DNA of 64,000 bases, taken from an uncultured Alphaproteobacteria bacterium. Lineage in GTDB: Bacteria; Pseudomonadota; Alphaproteobacteria; HIMB59; GCA-002718135. The stretch spans positions 96,833 to 160,832 of the forward strand of contig CACKRO010000001.1 of NCBI GenBank assembly GCA_902602695.1, read 5' to 3'. The translations under genes and the position numbers were made by a program. Of the stretch, positions 19,435 to 28,614 are shown piece by piece; positions within the stretch are counted from its first letter, which is position 1; the number at the start of each line of letters is the position of its first letter. The notes beneath the pieces were generated by a model. The model was not told where the DNA came from. It searched no databases and was given only the letters and a program-made list of their open reading frames with translations.

Positions 19435-20538
19435 ATGACAATAGTTAATTCTTGGAATGAATGGGATCCATTAAAACATGTTATAGTTGGAGCAGTTGAA
19501 AATGCCAACATACCTCCTATTGAACCTGCGCTTGAACCAAAAATTAGTAAAGATAGTGGTATGGCAGGATCACACGGACCGCGTTCAAAGGAGTCAATTG
19601 ATAAAGCAAATTTACAATTAGAAAACTTTGTTAACATTTTAAATTCCCTAAATATAAAAGTTGATAGACCAACACCTATTGACTTTTGTCAGACTATCGA
19701 GACACCCGATTGGTCTAATGATGGTATGTTTGGTTGCATGCCTCCAAGGGATGTTATTCTTACTGTAGGCAATGAGATGCTAGAAGCGCCCATGTCTTAT
19801 AGATGTAGATGGTTTGAGTACCTTGCCTATAGACCACTACTTGAAAAATATTATTCAGAAGATAAAAACATGAAATGGGAATCGGCACCTAAACCAAGAT
19901 TAACAAATCAATCTTATAAGCCTAATTATCTTCCTAAAGGTATAACGGAAGAAGAACGATATAAAAAAATCGAAAACAGAGACATGATATTGACTGAAAA
20001 AGAACCACTTTTTGATGCAGCAGAAATTTTACGCTTTGGAAAAGATCTTTTTTATCATAACAATTTTACATCAAATTTAAGTGGCTTAGATTGGTTAAGA
20101 AGACATTATCCAAATCATCGCGTCCATCAAATTAATTTACCAGGCGATTTAATCCCAACTCATATTGATGCATGTTTTACTCCTATTAAACCAGGAGTTA
20201 TAATTATTAATCCGAATAGAAAAATATCATCTGAGCAAAGAAAAATTTTCGATGATAATAAATGGGAAATTCATGAGGCAGCTCCTTCTATTCATAATAG
20301 CCCACCACCTATGTGCTATTCATCTATTTGGTTATCAATGAATGTTTTGATAATTGATCCTAAAACTATATGCGTCGAGGCAACTGAAAAGAAAATGATT
20401 AAACAAATGGAAAGTTTTGGATTAGATGTTATTCCAGTTCCCTTTAGAGACGTTTATGCATTTGGTGGTAGTTTACATTGTGCAACAACTGATGTTTATA
20501 GAGAAGGTGAGTGTGAGGATTATTTTCCAAATCAATAA
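19435..20538 (+). CDS. amidinotransferase (glycine/inosamine amidinotransferase family)
   Basis: 367 aa. SWNEWDPLKHVIVG N-terminus, PTHIDACF (His) and C-terminal GGSLHCATTDV (catalytic Cys), characteristic of the AGAT/StrB amidinotransferase clade of the guanidino-modifying superfamily. Confidence 0.8.
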   Translation: MTIVNSWNEWDPLKHVIVGAVENANIPPIEPALEPKISKDSGMAGSHGPRSKESIDKANLQLENFVNILNSLNIKVDRPTPIDFCQTIETPDWSNDGMFGCMPPRDVILTVGNEMLEAPMSYRCRWFEYLAYRPLLEKYYSEDKNMKWESAPKPRLTNQSYKPNYLPKGITEEERYKKIENRDMILTEKEPLFDAAEILRFGKDLFYHNNFTSNLSGLDWLRRHYPNHRVHQINLPGDLIPTHIDACFTPIKPGVIIINPNRKISSEQRKIFDDNKWEIHEAAPSIHNSPPPMCYSSIWLSMNVLIIDPKTICVEATEKKMIKQMESFGLDVIPVPFRDVYAFGGSLHCATTDVYREGECEDYFPNQ

Positions 20539-21293
20539 TGGATAGTTTTAATCAAAATAACGTTAACGCCAATTTACATGATACAAACTTTTCTAGAATT
20601 GGTGTAATTACATTATCAACTGATTTTACCATTGAGCAAGATTTTAGAAAAATTTGCCATAATTTACCTGTTGACCTGTTTTTTAATAGGATACCTTTTT
20701 TAAATCCTCTAACTCGCGAAAATTATTTAAAGATGGCTGACCATATTGAAGAAACAACAAACCAAATATTACCCAATGAAAAAATACAAGTTGTAGCGTA
20801 TGGATGTACTTCGGGTACTATTGAAATTGGTGAAAAAAGAATAAGATCTGAAATTTTTAAAGCTAAACCTAATGCTTTAATTACTACACCTATTACAGCA
20901 GCTGTCAAAGCACTTAAATTGTTAAGCCATAAAAAAATTGCTGTTCTTACTCCATACCCAAAAGATGTTAATGTAAAAGTTTACAACTATTTAATCGATA
21001 GCGGATTTGAAATTAAATCATTTAGTTCATTTAATTTAAACTATGACTCGGAAATTGCCAAAGTTACTCAAGACAGTTTATTGCGAACAATTTCTTCAAT
21101 TGACTTAACAGATGTAGATAGTGTTTTTGTATCTTGCACTGCTTTAAAAGTAATTGATATTATTGAAAAATTAGAGTCAAAATTAAGCACAGATATCATT
21201 TCAAGTAACCAAGCTATTATTTGGGATTCATTAAGATTATCTAATATTAATCAAAAAATTGATGGTTTTGGTAATCTATTTAAATTACATTAA
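20538..21293 (+). CDS. Asp/Glu/hydantoin-racemase superfamily protein (arylmalonate decarboxylase/maleate isomerase-like; EutA-like)
   Basis: 251 aa. Two-Cys architecture, AYGCTSGT and FVSCTALK. 1-nt overlap with the amidinotransferase stop. Followed by EutB-like and EutC-like genes. Confidence 0.7.
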   Translation: MDSFNQNNVNANLHDTNFSRIGVITLSTDFTIEQDFRKICHNLPVDLFFNRIPFLNPLTRENYLKMADHIEETTNQILPNEKIQVVAYGCTSGTIEIGEKRIRSEIFKAKPNALITTPITAAVKALKLLSHKKIAVLTPYPKDVNVKVYNYLIDSGFEIKSFSSFNLNYDSEIAKVTQDSLLRTISSIDLTDVDSVFVSCTALKVIDIIEKLESKLSTDIISSNQAIIWDSLRLSNINQKIDGFGNLFKLH

Positions 21294-21305
21294 ATAGGGT
21301 TTAAA

Positions 21306-22268
21306 TTGATTACACTTCAACAGATAAAAGATGCACATAAGAAAATTTTACCTTACGTTAATTATACGCCTTTAATTCATTCTAATTTTCTATCAAAAAA
21401 TACTAAGGTAAAACTAAAATTAGAAAATTTTCAAATCACCGGATCATTTAAGTTAAGAGGTGCGGTTAATAAGCTACTTGCTTTAAGTGAAGATGACAAA
21501 AGCAAAGGAGTCATCGCAGTTTCTACAGGAAATCATGGGAAAGGCGTTGCTTATGCTTCAAAGGTATTAGGCATTCAATCAACAATATATATGTCTTCCA
21601 TGGTTCCAAAATATAGAAAAGAGGCGATTGAAAAATTAGGAGCAAAAGTTGAGATTGTTGGGAAGAATAGTGATGAAGCAGATTTATATGCAAAGCAAAT
21701 TGCGAAAGAAAAAAATATTCCATTAATCCACCCCTTTGATGATAAGGATATTATTATAGGCCAAGGTACAGTTGGACTTGAAATGCTTACTGAATTTCCT
21801 GAAGTTGATACAGTAATTATACCAACATCTGGCGGTGGTCTTATATCTGGAATAGCACAAGCTATTAAACTTCAAAAACCTGAGACAAAAATTATTGCCG
21901 TATCTATGGAAAGAGGTCCTTCAATGTATGAAAGTCTAAAAGAAGGTAGACCTGTTGATGTAGAGGAAACTGAAACTTTAGCTGATTGTTTAGGGGGTAG
22001 TATTGGTTTAGATAATAAATTTACATTTAATATTGTACAACAATACGTTGATGACTTTGTTTTAGTAAGTGAAGAAAAAATAGCTGAGGGAATTAGAATA
22101 AATTTTTTAGAACATAAAATTGTATCTGAAGGTGCTGCAGCAACAAGTGTAATGGTTGTTAAAGAAAAATTAACATCGCACTTAGGAAAAAATATAATTT
22201 GTTTAATTTGTGGTGGAAATATTGACTCGGAACTATTTAACAAAGTTTTAAGCCATGCTCATCCTTAA
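21306..22268 (+). CDS. PLP-dependent threonine/serine dehydratase-like protein (EutB-like)
   Basis: 320 aa, TTG start. PLP-lysine motif GSFKLRGAVNKL, STGNHGKG, glycine loop PTSGGGLISG. Confidence 0.78.
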   Translation: MITLQQIKDAHKKILPYVNYTPLIHSNFLSKNTKVKLKLENFQITGSFKLRGAVNKLLALSEDDKSKGVIAVSTGNHGKGVAYASKVLGIQSTIYMSSMVPKYRKEAIEKLGAKVEIVGKNSDEADLYAKQIAKEKNIPLIHPFDDKDIIIGQGTVGLEMLTEFPEVDTVIIPTSGGGLISGIAQAIKLQKPETKIIAVSMERGPSMYESLKEGRPVDVEETETLADCLGGSIGLDNKFTFNIVQQYVDDFVLVSEEKIAEGIRINFLEHKIVSEGAAATSVMVVKEKLTSHLGKNIICLICGGNIDSELFNKVLSHAHP

Positions 22269-23229
22269 TAAAAATGATATTATTCAATATGTAGATTTGA
22301 ATAAAAATCTCATTCCAATAATAGAAGACGCATTTAATAGTTTATCAAAGGGATTGGTAATGATGCCACCTATAATGAGAATTGATATTGAAAAATATCA
22401 TGGTGAATCAGATGTTAAAGCTGCATACGTTGAAGGTCTTGATAGTTTTGCAATAAAAATTGCTTCAGGTTTTTTTGATAATCCAAAACTTGGTTTGCCA
22501 TCTAGTAATGGACTGATGGTTTTATTAGATTCAAAGACTGGAGTTGTAAAATCTGTTTTATTAGATGAAGGTTATCTTACAGATACTAGAACCGCTATAG
22601 CAGGAGCAATAGCTACAAAATATTTATCAAATCAAAATGCTAATTCTGTTGGTATTATTGGGGCTGGAATTCAAGCCAAATTACAACTTCAAGCAATAAT
22701 GTTAGTTAGAAAAATAAATAAAATTATAGTTTGGACAAGAGATGAGACAAAAGCGAATCAATTTATAGAAAGTTTCAAAAATTTAGATATAGATTTGTAT
22801 ATAGCTTCTTCTTGCAAAGAATTGGCAAGCTTATCAGAAATAATTGTTACAACGACTCCTAGTAAAAAACCGCTTTTGGAATTTGATTGGATAAATAAAG
22901 GAACTCACATAACAGCAATGGGATCAGATGCAGAACAAAAAAATGAATTAGATCCTCATATGTTAAAACATTGCGATCAATATGTGCCTGACAATCAATT
23001 ACAAACAAGTGTTTTAGGTGAATTACATCATGCTTTAAAACAAAATATAATTTCTTCCAAAGAAAAATTTAATGAACTTGGCGATATAATTAACGATCCA
23101 AGCTTAGGAAGAAAAAATAAAGAAGATATAACGATATGTGATTTGACAGGAACTGGCGTACAAGATACTGCAATAGCAAGATTTGCTTATAATATTTGTA
23201 AAAAAAATAATTTAGGCATCAATATTTAA
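22255..23229 (+). CDS. ornithine cyclodeaminase/mu-crystallin family protein (EutC-like)
   Basis: 324 aa. Rossmann motif GIIGAGIQAKLQ and LTDTRTA motif of the OCD family. 14-nt overlap with the preceding gene. Confidence 0.78.
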   Translation: MLILNKNDIIQYVDLNKNLIPIIEDAFNSLSKGLVMMPPIMRIDIEKYHGESDVKAAYVEGLDSFAIKIASGFFDNPKLGLPSSNGLMVLLDSKTGVVKSVLLDEGYLTDTRTAIAGAIATKYLSNQNANSVGIIGAGIQAKLQLQAIMLVRKINKIIVWTRDETKANQFIESFKNLDIDLYIASSCKELASLSEIIVTTTPSKKPLLEFDWINKGTHITAMGSDAEQKNELDPHMLKHCDQYVPDNQLQTSVLGELHHALKQNIISSKEKFNELGDIINDPSLGRKNKEDITICDLTGTGVQDTAIARFAYNICKKNNLGINI

Positions 23230-23232
23230 TTT

Positions 23233-24675
23233 ATGAGTCAAGCAATAATAAAAAAAACGTCTGATTATTTCAAATCAAAAGGAGTTGTCTTACCTAGTAT
23301 AAGTGAACTTCAAGATCCTCAAATTATTAATGATGATATTAAAAATTCTCTAAAAAAAATAAATAACAATGATATCAATCCTCTTAACCTCTTTAGAGTT
23401 CATTGGTTTAATAAAAGAGATCAATCAGGTTTTGGAAATGAGCCTGAATATATTGTACTTCCATCAGAATTCACAGGTGTAAAGGCAAAGATAATTGTAA
23501 ATATGGGACGATATTTTCCCTTAATAACAGCTCATAAAGTTTTGGCAGCTTATGGTTGTTTGCTTCCAAGAATATTGAATGGAACTTTTGATTATGAAAA
23601 ACATAAAGCAGTTTGGCCTTCAACAGGAAATTATTGTAGGGGTGGAGTGGCAATATCTCGGATAATGGGTCTTAATAGTATTGCAATACTTCCTGAAGGA
23701 ATGAGTAATGAGAGATTTGAATGGTTGAATAATTGGGTTGAAGATAAAAAAAATATCATAAAGACAAAAGGCACAGAAAGTAATGTTAAAGAAATCTACG
23801 ATGCTTGTAATGAATTAAAAAAAGATAATCAAAATGATATAATAAATCAATTTGATGAGTATTATAATTACGGTATTCATCGTTCTGTAACTGGTCCATC
23901 GTTTGAAAAATCATTTCTTAAAGTTAAAGGTAATAGTAATTTAACTCCTAGGTTTTACGTAAGTGCTTCAGGATCAAGTGGTACTCTAGCAGCAGGAGAT
24001 TATCTTAAAGATAAATTACAGACGAAGATTGCAGTTGTTGAAGCTTTGGAGTGTCCAACATTGCTTCATGGAGGTTATGGTGAACATAATATACAAGGAA
24101 TTGGTGACAAACATGTTCCCCTTATTCATAATGTAATGAATACAGATTTTGTTGTAGATGTTTCTGATCAAGCTACCAATAATCTAAATATGATTTTTAA
24201 TACTGAAATAGGAAAAAATTTTTTAATTGAGAAAAAAAATTTTGATCCTGATTTTGTTTCTCGTCTTCCTGAATTTGGTTTTTCAGCAATAGCAAATATA
24301 TTGGCATCAATAAAGCTAGCTAAATATATGGATTTAAATAGTGATGATGCAATTATAACGGTTGCTACTGATGGTGCTGATTTATATATGTCAGAATTAA
24401 ACAAGACCATTGCTGATTTTAAAAATAATTATGATGAAATTGTTTGTGCTGAATTATTTGGACAACACTTATCAGGAGTATCTACTGATAATATGCTTGA
24501 ACTCTCTCACATGGATAAGAAAAGAATATTTAATTTAGGTTACTTTACTTGGGTAGAGCAACAAGGTGTTAGTCTTGAAGAATTTGAAAAAAGAAAAGCT
24601 CAAAAATTTTGGAATTCACATTATGATTATATGCTTTCTCTAGACAATCAGATTAAAGAATTTAATAATATGTAG
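23233..24675 (+). CDS. fold-type-II PLP-dependent enzyme (cysteine synthase/CBS-like, long 480-aa form), specificity unknown
   Basis: STGNYCRGG (Ser-x-Gly-Asn loop) and SASGSSGTLAAG (phosphate-binding Gly loop) fit the PALP fold. It has N- and C-terminal extensions compared with about 310-aa cysteine synthases. Confidence 0.6.
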   Translation: MSQAIIKKTSDYFKSKGVVLPSISELQDPQIINDDIKNSLKKINNNDINPLNLFRVHWFNKRDQSGFGNEPEYIVLPSEFTGVKAKIIVNMGRYFPLITAHKVLAAYGCLLPRILNGTFDYEKHKAVWPSTGNYCRGGVAISRIMGLNSIAILPEGMSNERFEWLNNWVEDKKNIIKTKGTESNVKEIYDACNELKKDNQNDIINQFDEYYNYGIHRSVTGPSFEKSFLKVKGNSNLTPRFYVSASGSSGTLAAGDYLKDKLQTKIAVVEALECPTLLHGGYGEHNIQGIGDKHVPLIHNVMNTDFVVDVSDQATNNLNMIFNTEIGKNFLIEKKNFDPDFVSRLPEFGFSAIANILASIKLAKYMDLNSDDAIITVATDGADLYMSELNKTIADFKNNYDEIVCAELFGQHLSGVSTDNMLELSHMDKKRIFNLGYFTWVEQQGVSLEEFEKRKAQKFWNSHYDYMLSLDNQIKEFNNM

Positions 24676-24678
24676 GTT

Positions 24679-25833
24679 ATGAAAACTCAGTCATTACATA
24701 ACCAATTAGTAGAATGGCGCCATGATCTTCATATGCACCCTCAAATAAGTTTTGAAGAAGAATATGCTGCAGCAAAAGTGTCAAAACTTCTAAAAGAGTG
24801 TGGAATAGAAGTTCATACTGGTATTGCCAGAACTGGAGTAGTTGGAATTTTAAAAAAAGGAAATAGTTCAAAATCAATAGGTATAAGAGCTGACATGGAT
24901 GCTCTTCCTATTCATGAAACTAATAATTTTAGTTATAAGTCAAAGTTTGATAACAGAATGCATGCATGTGGACATGATGGTCACACTACAATGTTATTAG
25001 GTGCAGCAAAATATCTATCAGAAAAAGGTAACTTTAATGGAACAGTATATTTTATTTTTCAACCTGATGAAGAGAATACTTTTGGCGCAAGAACAATGAT
25101 AGATGAAGGTTTGTTTGATAAATTTAACATTGATGAAGTTTACGCTATGCACAACATTCCTAATATGGAAATTGGAACATTTGGCACAAGAAAAGGAGCT
25201 ATTACAGCAAGTGAAAATTTATTTGAAATTGAAATAAAAGCCAAAGGTGGGCATGCTGCATTACCTCATATGGGCGTTGATGCAATAACTGTTGGTTCCC
25301 AAATAGCTGTAGCACTCCAATCAATAGTATCTAGAAAATTAAATCCAGCAGATAATGGTATAGTTTCTATTACTGAATTTATAACTGATGGTAAAAAAAA
25401 TGTTTTGCCAGGTATGGTAAAAATGACTGGTGACGCAAGAGCTTTATCAAAAGAAACGAATGAAAAAATTGCTTCAAAAATGTTACAAATTGTTGAAGGC
25501 GTTTGTAATGCACATGGAGTTAATGGCAGTGTAAAATATGAAACAACCTGTCCTGTAACTTTTAATTCAAAAAACCAAACTGAGTCTGCCACAAAAGCTG
25601 CAGTTTCATTACTTGGAAGCGATAAGTGTAATGGTGATATTGAACCGCGTTTATTCTCAGAAGATTTTTCTGTTATGGCAAACGAAAAACCTGGCTGCTT
25701 TGTTTTAATGGGTAACGGTAAATCAGATCAACATTCCAGACCATTACATGCTGATAATTATGATTTTAATGATGAATTATTAGTCATAGGTTCTTCATAT
25801 TGGACAGAATTAGTAGAACAACAATTAAAATAA
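24679..25833 (+). CDS. M20D amidohydrolase (hippurate hydrolase / N-acyl-amino-acid amidohydrolase family)
   Basis: 384 aa. RADMDALPI, MHACGHDGHTTMLLGAAKYL and FQPDEE motifs of the M20D subfamily. Confidence 0.82.
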   Translation: MKTQSLHNQLVEWRHDLHMHPQISFEEEYAAAKVSKLLKECGIEVHTGIARTGVVGILKKGNSSKSIGIRADMDALPIHETNNFSYKSKFDNRMHACGHDGHTTMLLGAAKYLSEKGNFNGTVYFIFQPDEENTFGARTMIDEGLFDKFNIDEVYAMHNIPNMEIGTFGTRKGAITASENLFEIEIKAKGGHAALPHMGVDAITVGSQIAVALQSIVSRKLNPADNGIVSITEFITDGKKNVLPGMVKMTGDARALSKETNEKIASKMLQIVEGVCNAHGVNGSVKYETTCPVTFNSKNQTESATKAAVSLLGSDKCNGDIEPRLFSEDFSVMANEKPGCFVLMGNGKSDQHSRPLHADNYDFNDELLVIGSSYWTELVEQQLK

Positions 25834-26988
25834 ATGTTTTCTGAAAACCTAAATAAACTAAAGAAAAAAATGTCTGAGAATAATATTGATCTCTCAATTA
25901 TAACAGATGATGACTCTATATATTATTTTACAGGATATCACGACTTTCTTCATATGGATTTTAATCGACCAACATTATTAGTTGTTTCAAATGATCATAA
26001 AACTTACTTAATTACACCTCTACTTGATGTTTTATTAGTTCCCGAAACTTGTCCTGTTGACAAAGTCGAAACATGGAATGATGGTATTGGAAATGAATGG
26101 AGAGAATTATTACCACAAACTATAAATCAGCATAAAAATATTTTTATTGAAAAATTTAAAATAAATTCAATGGTTAAAAGTTATTTAGACGAAATACTTC
26201 AACATGATCCTGGCGATTTAACAAAATTAATAAATAATATAAGAATGATTAAATCCAATCATGAATTGAATATTGCTCGCCATGCTGGAGAGGTAGGTAT
26301 GGCTATGATGGAAGCAGCTAAAAAAACAATTGGTAATAATGTTCCTGAATATGAGGTTGCACTTGCTCAATCACAAGCTGGAACAAGAAAAGCTGCAGAG
26401 CTTTTAAAAAAATTTTATCCTGATAATATCAATATGTCTCCAAATATTCACTTTTTACCTGTTATGACATCAGGTCATGATTTACCTAAAACTCACCATC
26501 GTGCTTCAACCAAAATTATAAAAAAAGGTGATCCCGTATTCGTATGTTATTGTGGTTCAACAAATTTCCACAGGTTTAAATTAGGATTTGATAGAATATT
26601 TTGGGTTGAAGAAATTCAATCTAAAGAACAGATAAAAGCTTTTGAAACTGCAGTTAAATCTCAAAAAGCTGCTCTTGATATTCTTGGTCCTGGAGTAACA
26701 GCTGAAGAAGTTCATGCTGCTTATGCTGATGCTATACAGTCTGAAGGATATCCCTATCCTACATTTCGATGTGGAAGAGGAACTGGTTTTAGTTTTTTAG
26801 AAGAACCACAATTAGTAGTTGGAAATAAAACTGTTTTAAAGCCTGGCATGGTATTTGCAGTAGACGGAGGAGCTAGTGCAAATAAATTTAGATCACAGGT
26901 TGGTGATAGTTTTATAATTACAGAGGATGGATATGAGCAAATTACACATCATTCTAAAAAATTTGAAGATTTGATTCTTTCAAATTAA
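25834..26988 (+). CDS. M24 metallohydrolase (Xaa-Pro dipeptidase/creatinase-like)
   Basis: 384 aa. Creatinase-type N-domain (IYYFTGY) plus a pita-bread C-domain (GRGTGFSFLEEP, VFAVDGG). Starts immediately after the M20 stop. Confidence 0.75.
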   Translation: MFSENLNKLKKKMSENNIDLSIITDDDSIYYFTGYHDFLHMDFNRPTLLVVSNDHKTYLITPLLDVLLVPETCPVDKVETWNDGIGNEWRELLPQTINQHKNIFIEKFKINSMVKSYLDEILQHDPGDLTKLINNIRMIKSNHELNIARHAGEVGMAMMEAAKKTIGNNVPEYEVALAQSQAGTRKAAELLKKFYPDNINMSPNIHFLPVMTSGHDLPKTHHRASTKIIKKGDPVFVCYCGSTNFHRFKLGFDRIFWVEEIQSKEQIKAFETAVKSQKAALDILGPGVTAEEVHAAYADAIQSEGYPYPTFRCGRGTGFSFLEEPQLVVGNKTVLKPGMVFAVDGGASANKFRSQVGDSFIITEDGYEQITHHSKKFEDLILSN

Positions 26989-27012
26989 TTGTGACTAAAT
27001 AACTCTTGTTTC

Positions 27013-27045
27013 AATAGTTAAAATATTTTACTCTAATTAACTATT
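27013..27045. promoter_or_regulatory. 9-bp perfect inverted repeat upstream of soxB (candidate operator)
   Basis: AATAGTTAA (27013-27021) and TTAACTATT (27037-27045), separated by 15 nt, in the 75-nt gap before soxB. Confidence 0.2.
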
Positions 27046-27063
27046 CAATAATTAAATAAATAA

Positions 27064-28329
27064 ATGACAAAATTTAATGCATGGAACGTAATTAAAAATG
27101 GATTAAATGGTCAATCATATTGGACTAGGCAATGGCGTGATCCGGAACCAAAAAAAAATTATGATGTTATAATAATTGGCGGAGGCTTACACGGACTTGC
27201 CACTGCATATTATCTTGCGAAAAATCATAATATTAAAAATGTAGCAGTTTTGGAAAAAGGTTGGATCGGGGGAGGAAACGCTGGACGTAACACGACTATT
27301 GTAAGATCAAATTATATGATGCCAGGAAATCATGAATTTTATGAGCACTCTTTAAAATTATGGGAAAATTTAAGTCATGATTTAAATTACAATGTAATGT
27401 TTAGTCAACGAGCTCACGTTTCATTGTTTCACAGTCCTGGTGCTAAAGATTCTGTTTCACGAACGTATAATATTATGAGGCTTCATGGAACAGATGCTGA
27501 GCTTTGGGATTTAAAAAAACTTAAGAAAAAAATACCTCATCTAAATTATAATAATTCCAGATTTCCTATTTTAGGAGCAGCTGTCCAAAAAAGAGCAGGC
27601 AATGCAAGACATGATGCAGTTGCATGGGGATATGCAAGAGCTGCTGATACACTCGGTGTAGATATTCTACAAAATTGTGAAGTAACAGGTTTCACAAGAA
27701 CAAATGGAATGATTGAAAGTGTTCAAACTTCTCGAGGAATAATAAAAGGAAAAAAAATAGGATTTGCTGTTGCTGGTAATACTTCTGTATTATGGCAAAT
27801 GGCAGAATTAGGAAATTTACCAATTGAATCTCACAAATTACAAGCTTTTGTATCTGAAGCAGTTAAACCTCTTTTAGATCAAGTGGTAGTTTATGGAGTA
27901 GGTGGTGCACATTTTTATATCTCTCAGTCTGATAAAGGTAGTATGGTTTTTGGTGGTGATCTCGATTGGTATAAATCGTATGCTCAAAGAGGAAATTTAC
28001 CAATGGTTCAAGATGTTGCTGAAGCAGCCATGGCAATTTTTCCTTCTCTTGGCAGAATAAGATTACTTCGTCATTGGGCTGGCGTTATGGATATGACTAT
28101 GGATGGATCTTTTTTTATTTGTAAAACACCAATATCAAATCTCTATTTAAATGCTGGCTGGAACTATGGAGGTTTTAAGGCTAGTCCAGCATCAGGCTGG
28201 TATTTTGCTGATTTAATTGCAAATGAGAACCCACACAATTATGTGCAGAATCATAATTTAGAGAGATTTGAAAAAGGCATCAACATAGATGAACGTGGTG
28301 CTGGACCAGATCCAAAATTGCATGGTTAG
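27064..28329 (+). CDS. soxB: heterotetrameric sarcosine oxidase, beta subunit
   Basis: 421 aa. N-terminal WTRQWRDPEPKKNYDVIIIGGGLHGLATAYYLAK is typical of SoxB. Followed by the delta, alpha and gamma subunits. Confidence 0.9.
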   Translation: MTKFNAWNVIKNGLNGQSYWTRQWRDPEPKKNYDVIIIGGGLHGLATAYYLAKNHNIKNVAVLEKGWIGGGNAGRNTTIVRSNYMMPGNHEFYEHSLKLWENLSHDLNYNVMFSQRAHVSLFHSPGAKDSVSRTYNIMRLHGTDAELWDLKKLKKKIPHLNYNNSRFPILGAAVQKRAGNARHDAVAWGYARAADTLGVDILQNCEVTGFTRTNGMIESVQTSRGIIKGKKIGFAVAGNTSVLWQMAELGNLPIESHKLQAFVSEAVKPLLDQVVVYGVGGAHFYISQSDKGSMVFGGDLDWYKSYAQRGNLPMVQDVAEAAMAIFPSLGRIRLLRHWAGVMDMTMDGSFFICKTPISNLYLNAGWNYGGFKASPASGWYFADLIANENPHNYVQNHNLERFEKGINIDERGAGPDPKLHG

Positions 28330-28614
28330 ATGATTAGAATAAATTGTCCTTATTGTGGAGAAAGAGATCATAGTGAATTTAGTTATGGGGGAGATGCTAC
28401 AATAAAATATCCATCTTTAGACTCTTCAGAAAAAGAATGGACAGAAGCAATATTTTTTAGAAAAAATATAAAAGGTTTTCAATTAGAAACATGGCATCAT
28501 ACTAATGGATGTAGAATGTGGTTAAAAATTGAACGTTCGACAGTAACTCATGAAATTAGGAGTGTTAAACCCTGCCATCCAGATTTACAGAAAGTTGTAG
28601 AAAATAATAAATGA
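28330..28614 (+). CDS. soxD: sarcosine oxidase, delta subunit
   Basis: 94 aa. MIRINCPYCGERDHSEF zinc-ribbon-like N-terminus. Canonical position. Confidence 0.88.
   Translation: MIRINCPYCGERDHSEFSYGGDATIKYPSLDSSEKEWTEAIFFRKNIKGFQLETWHHTNGCRMWLKIERSTVTHEIRSVKPCHPDLQKVVENNK

Noticed and set aside
18840-19637. Plus-strand ORFs 18840-19052 and 19105-19413 inside gabD, and minus-strand ORF 19416-19637 over the amidinotransferase start
   Set aside because: They are antisense to genes with clear catalytic motifs. They are Cys/Ser/Phe-rich nonsense peptides.
26989-27063. Looked for a glycine riboswitch upstream of soxB and elsewhere (also 43431-43547 and 49004-49087)
   Set aside because: No tandem GGAGAG...CACCG-type aptamer cores or comparable conserved elements are visible. 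The spacers are too short or too AT-rich.
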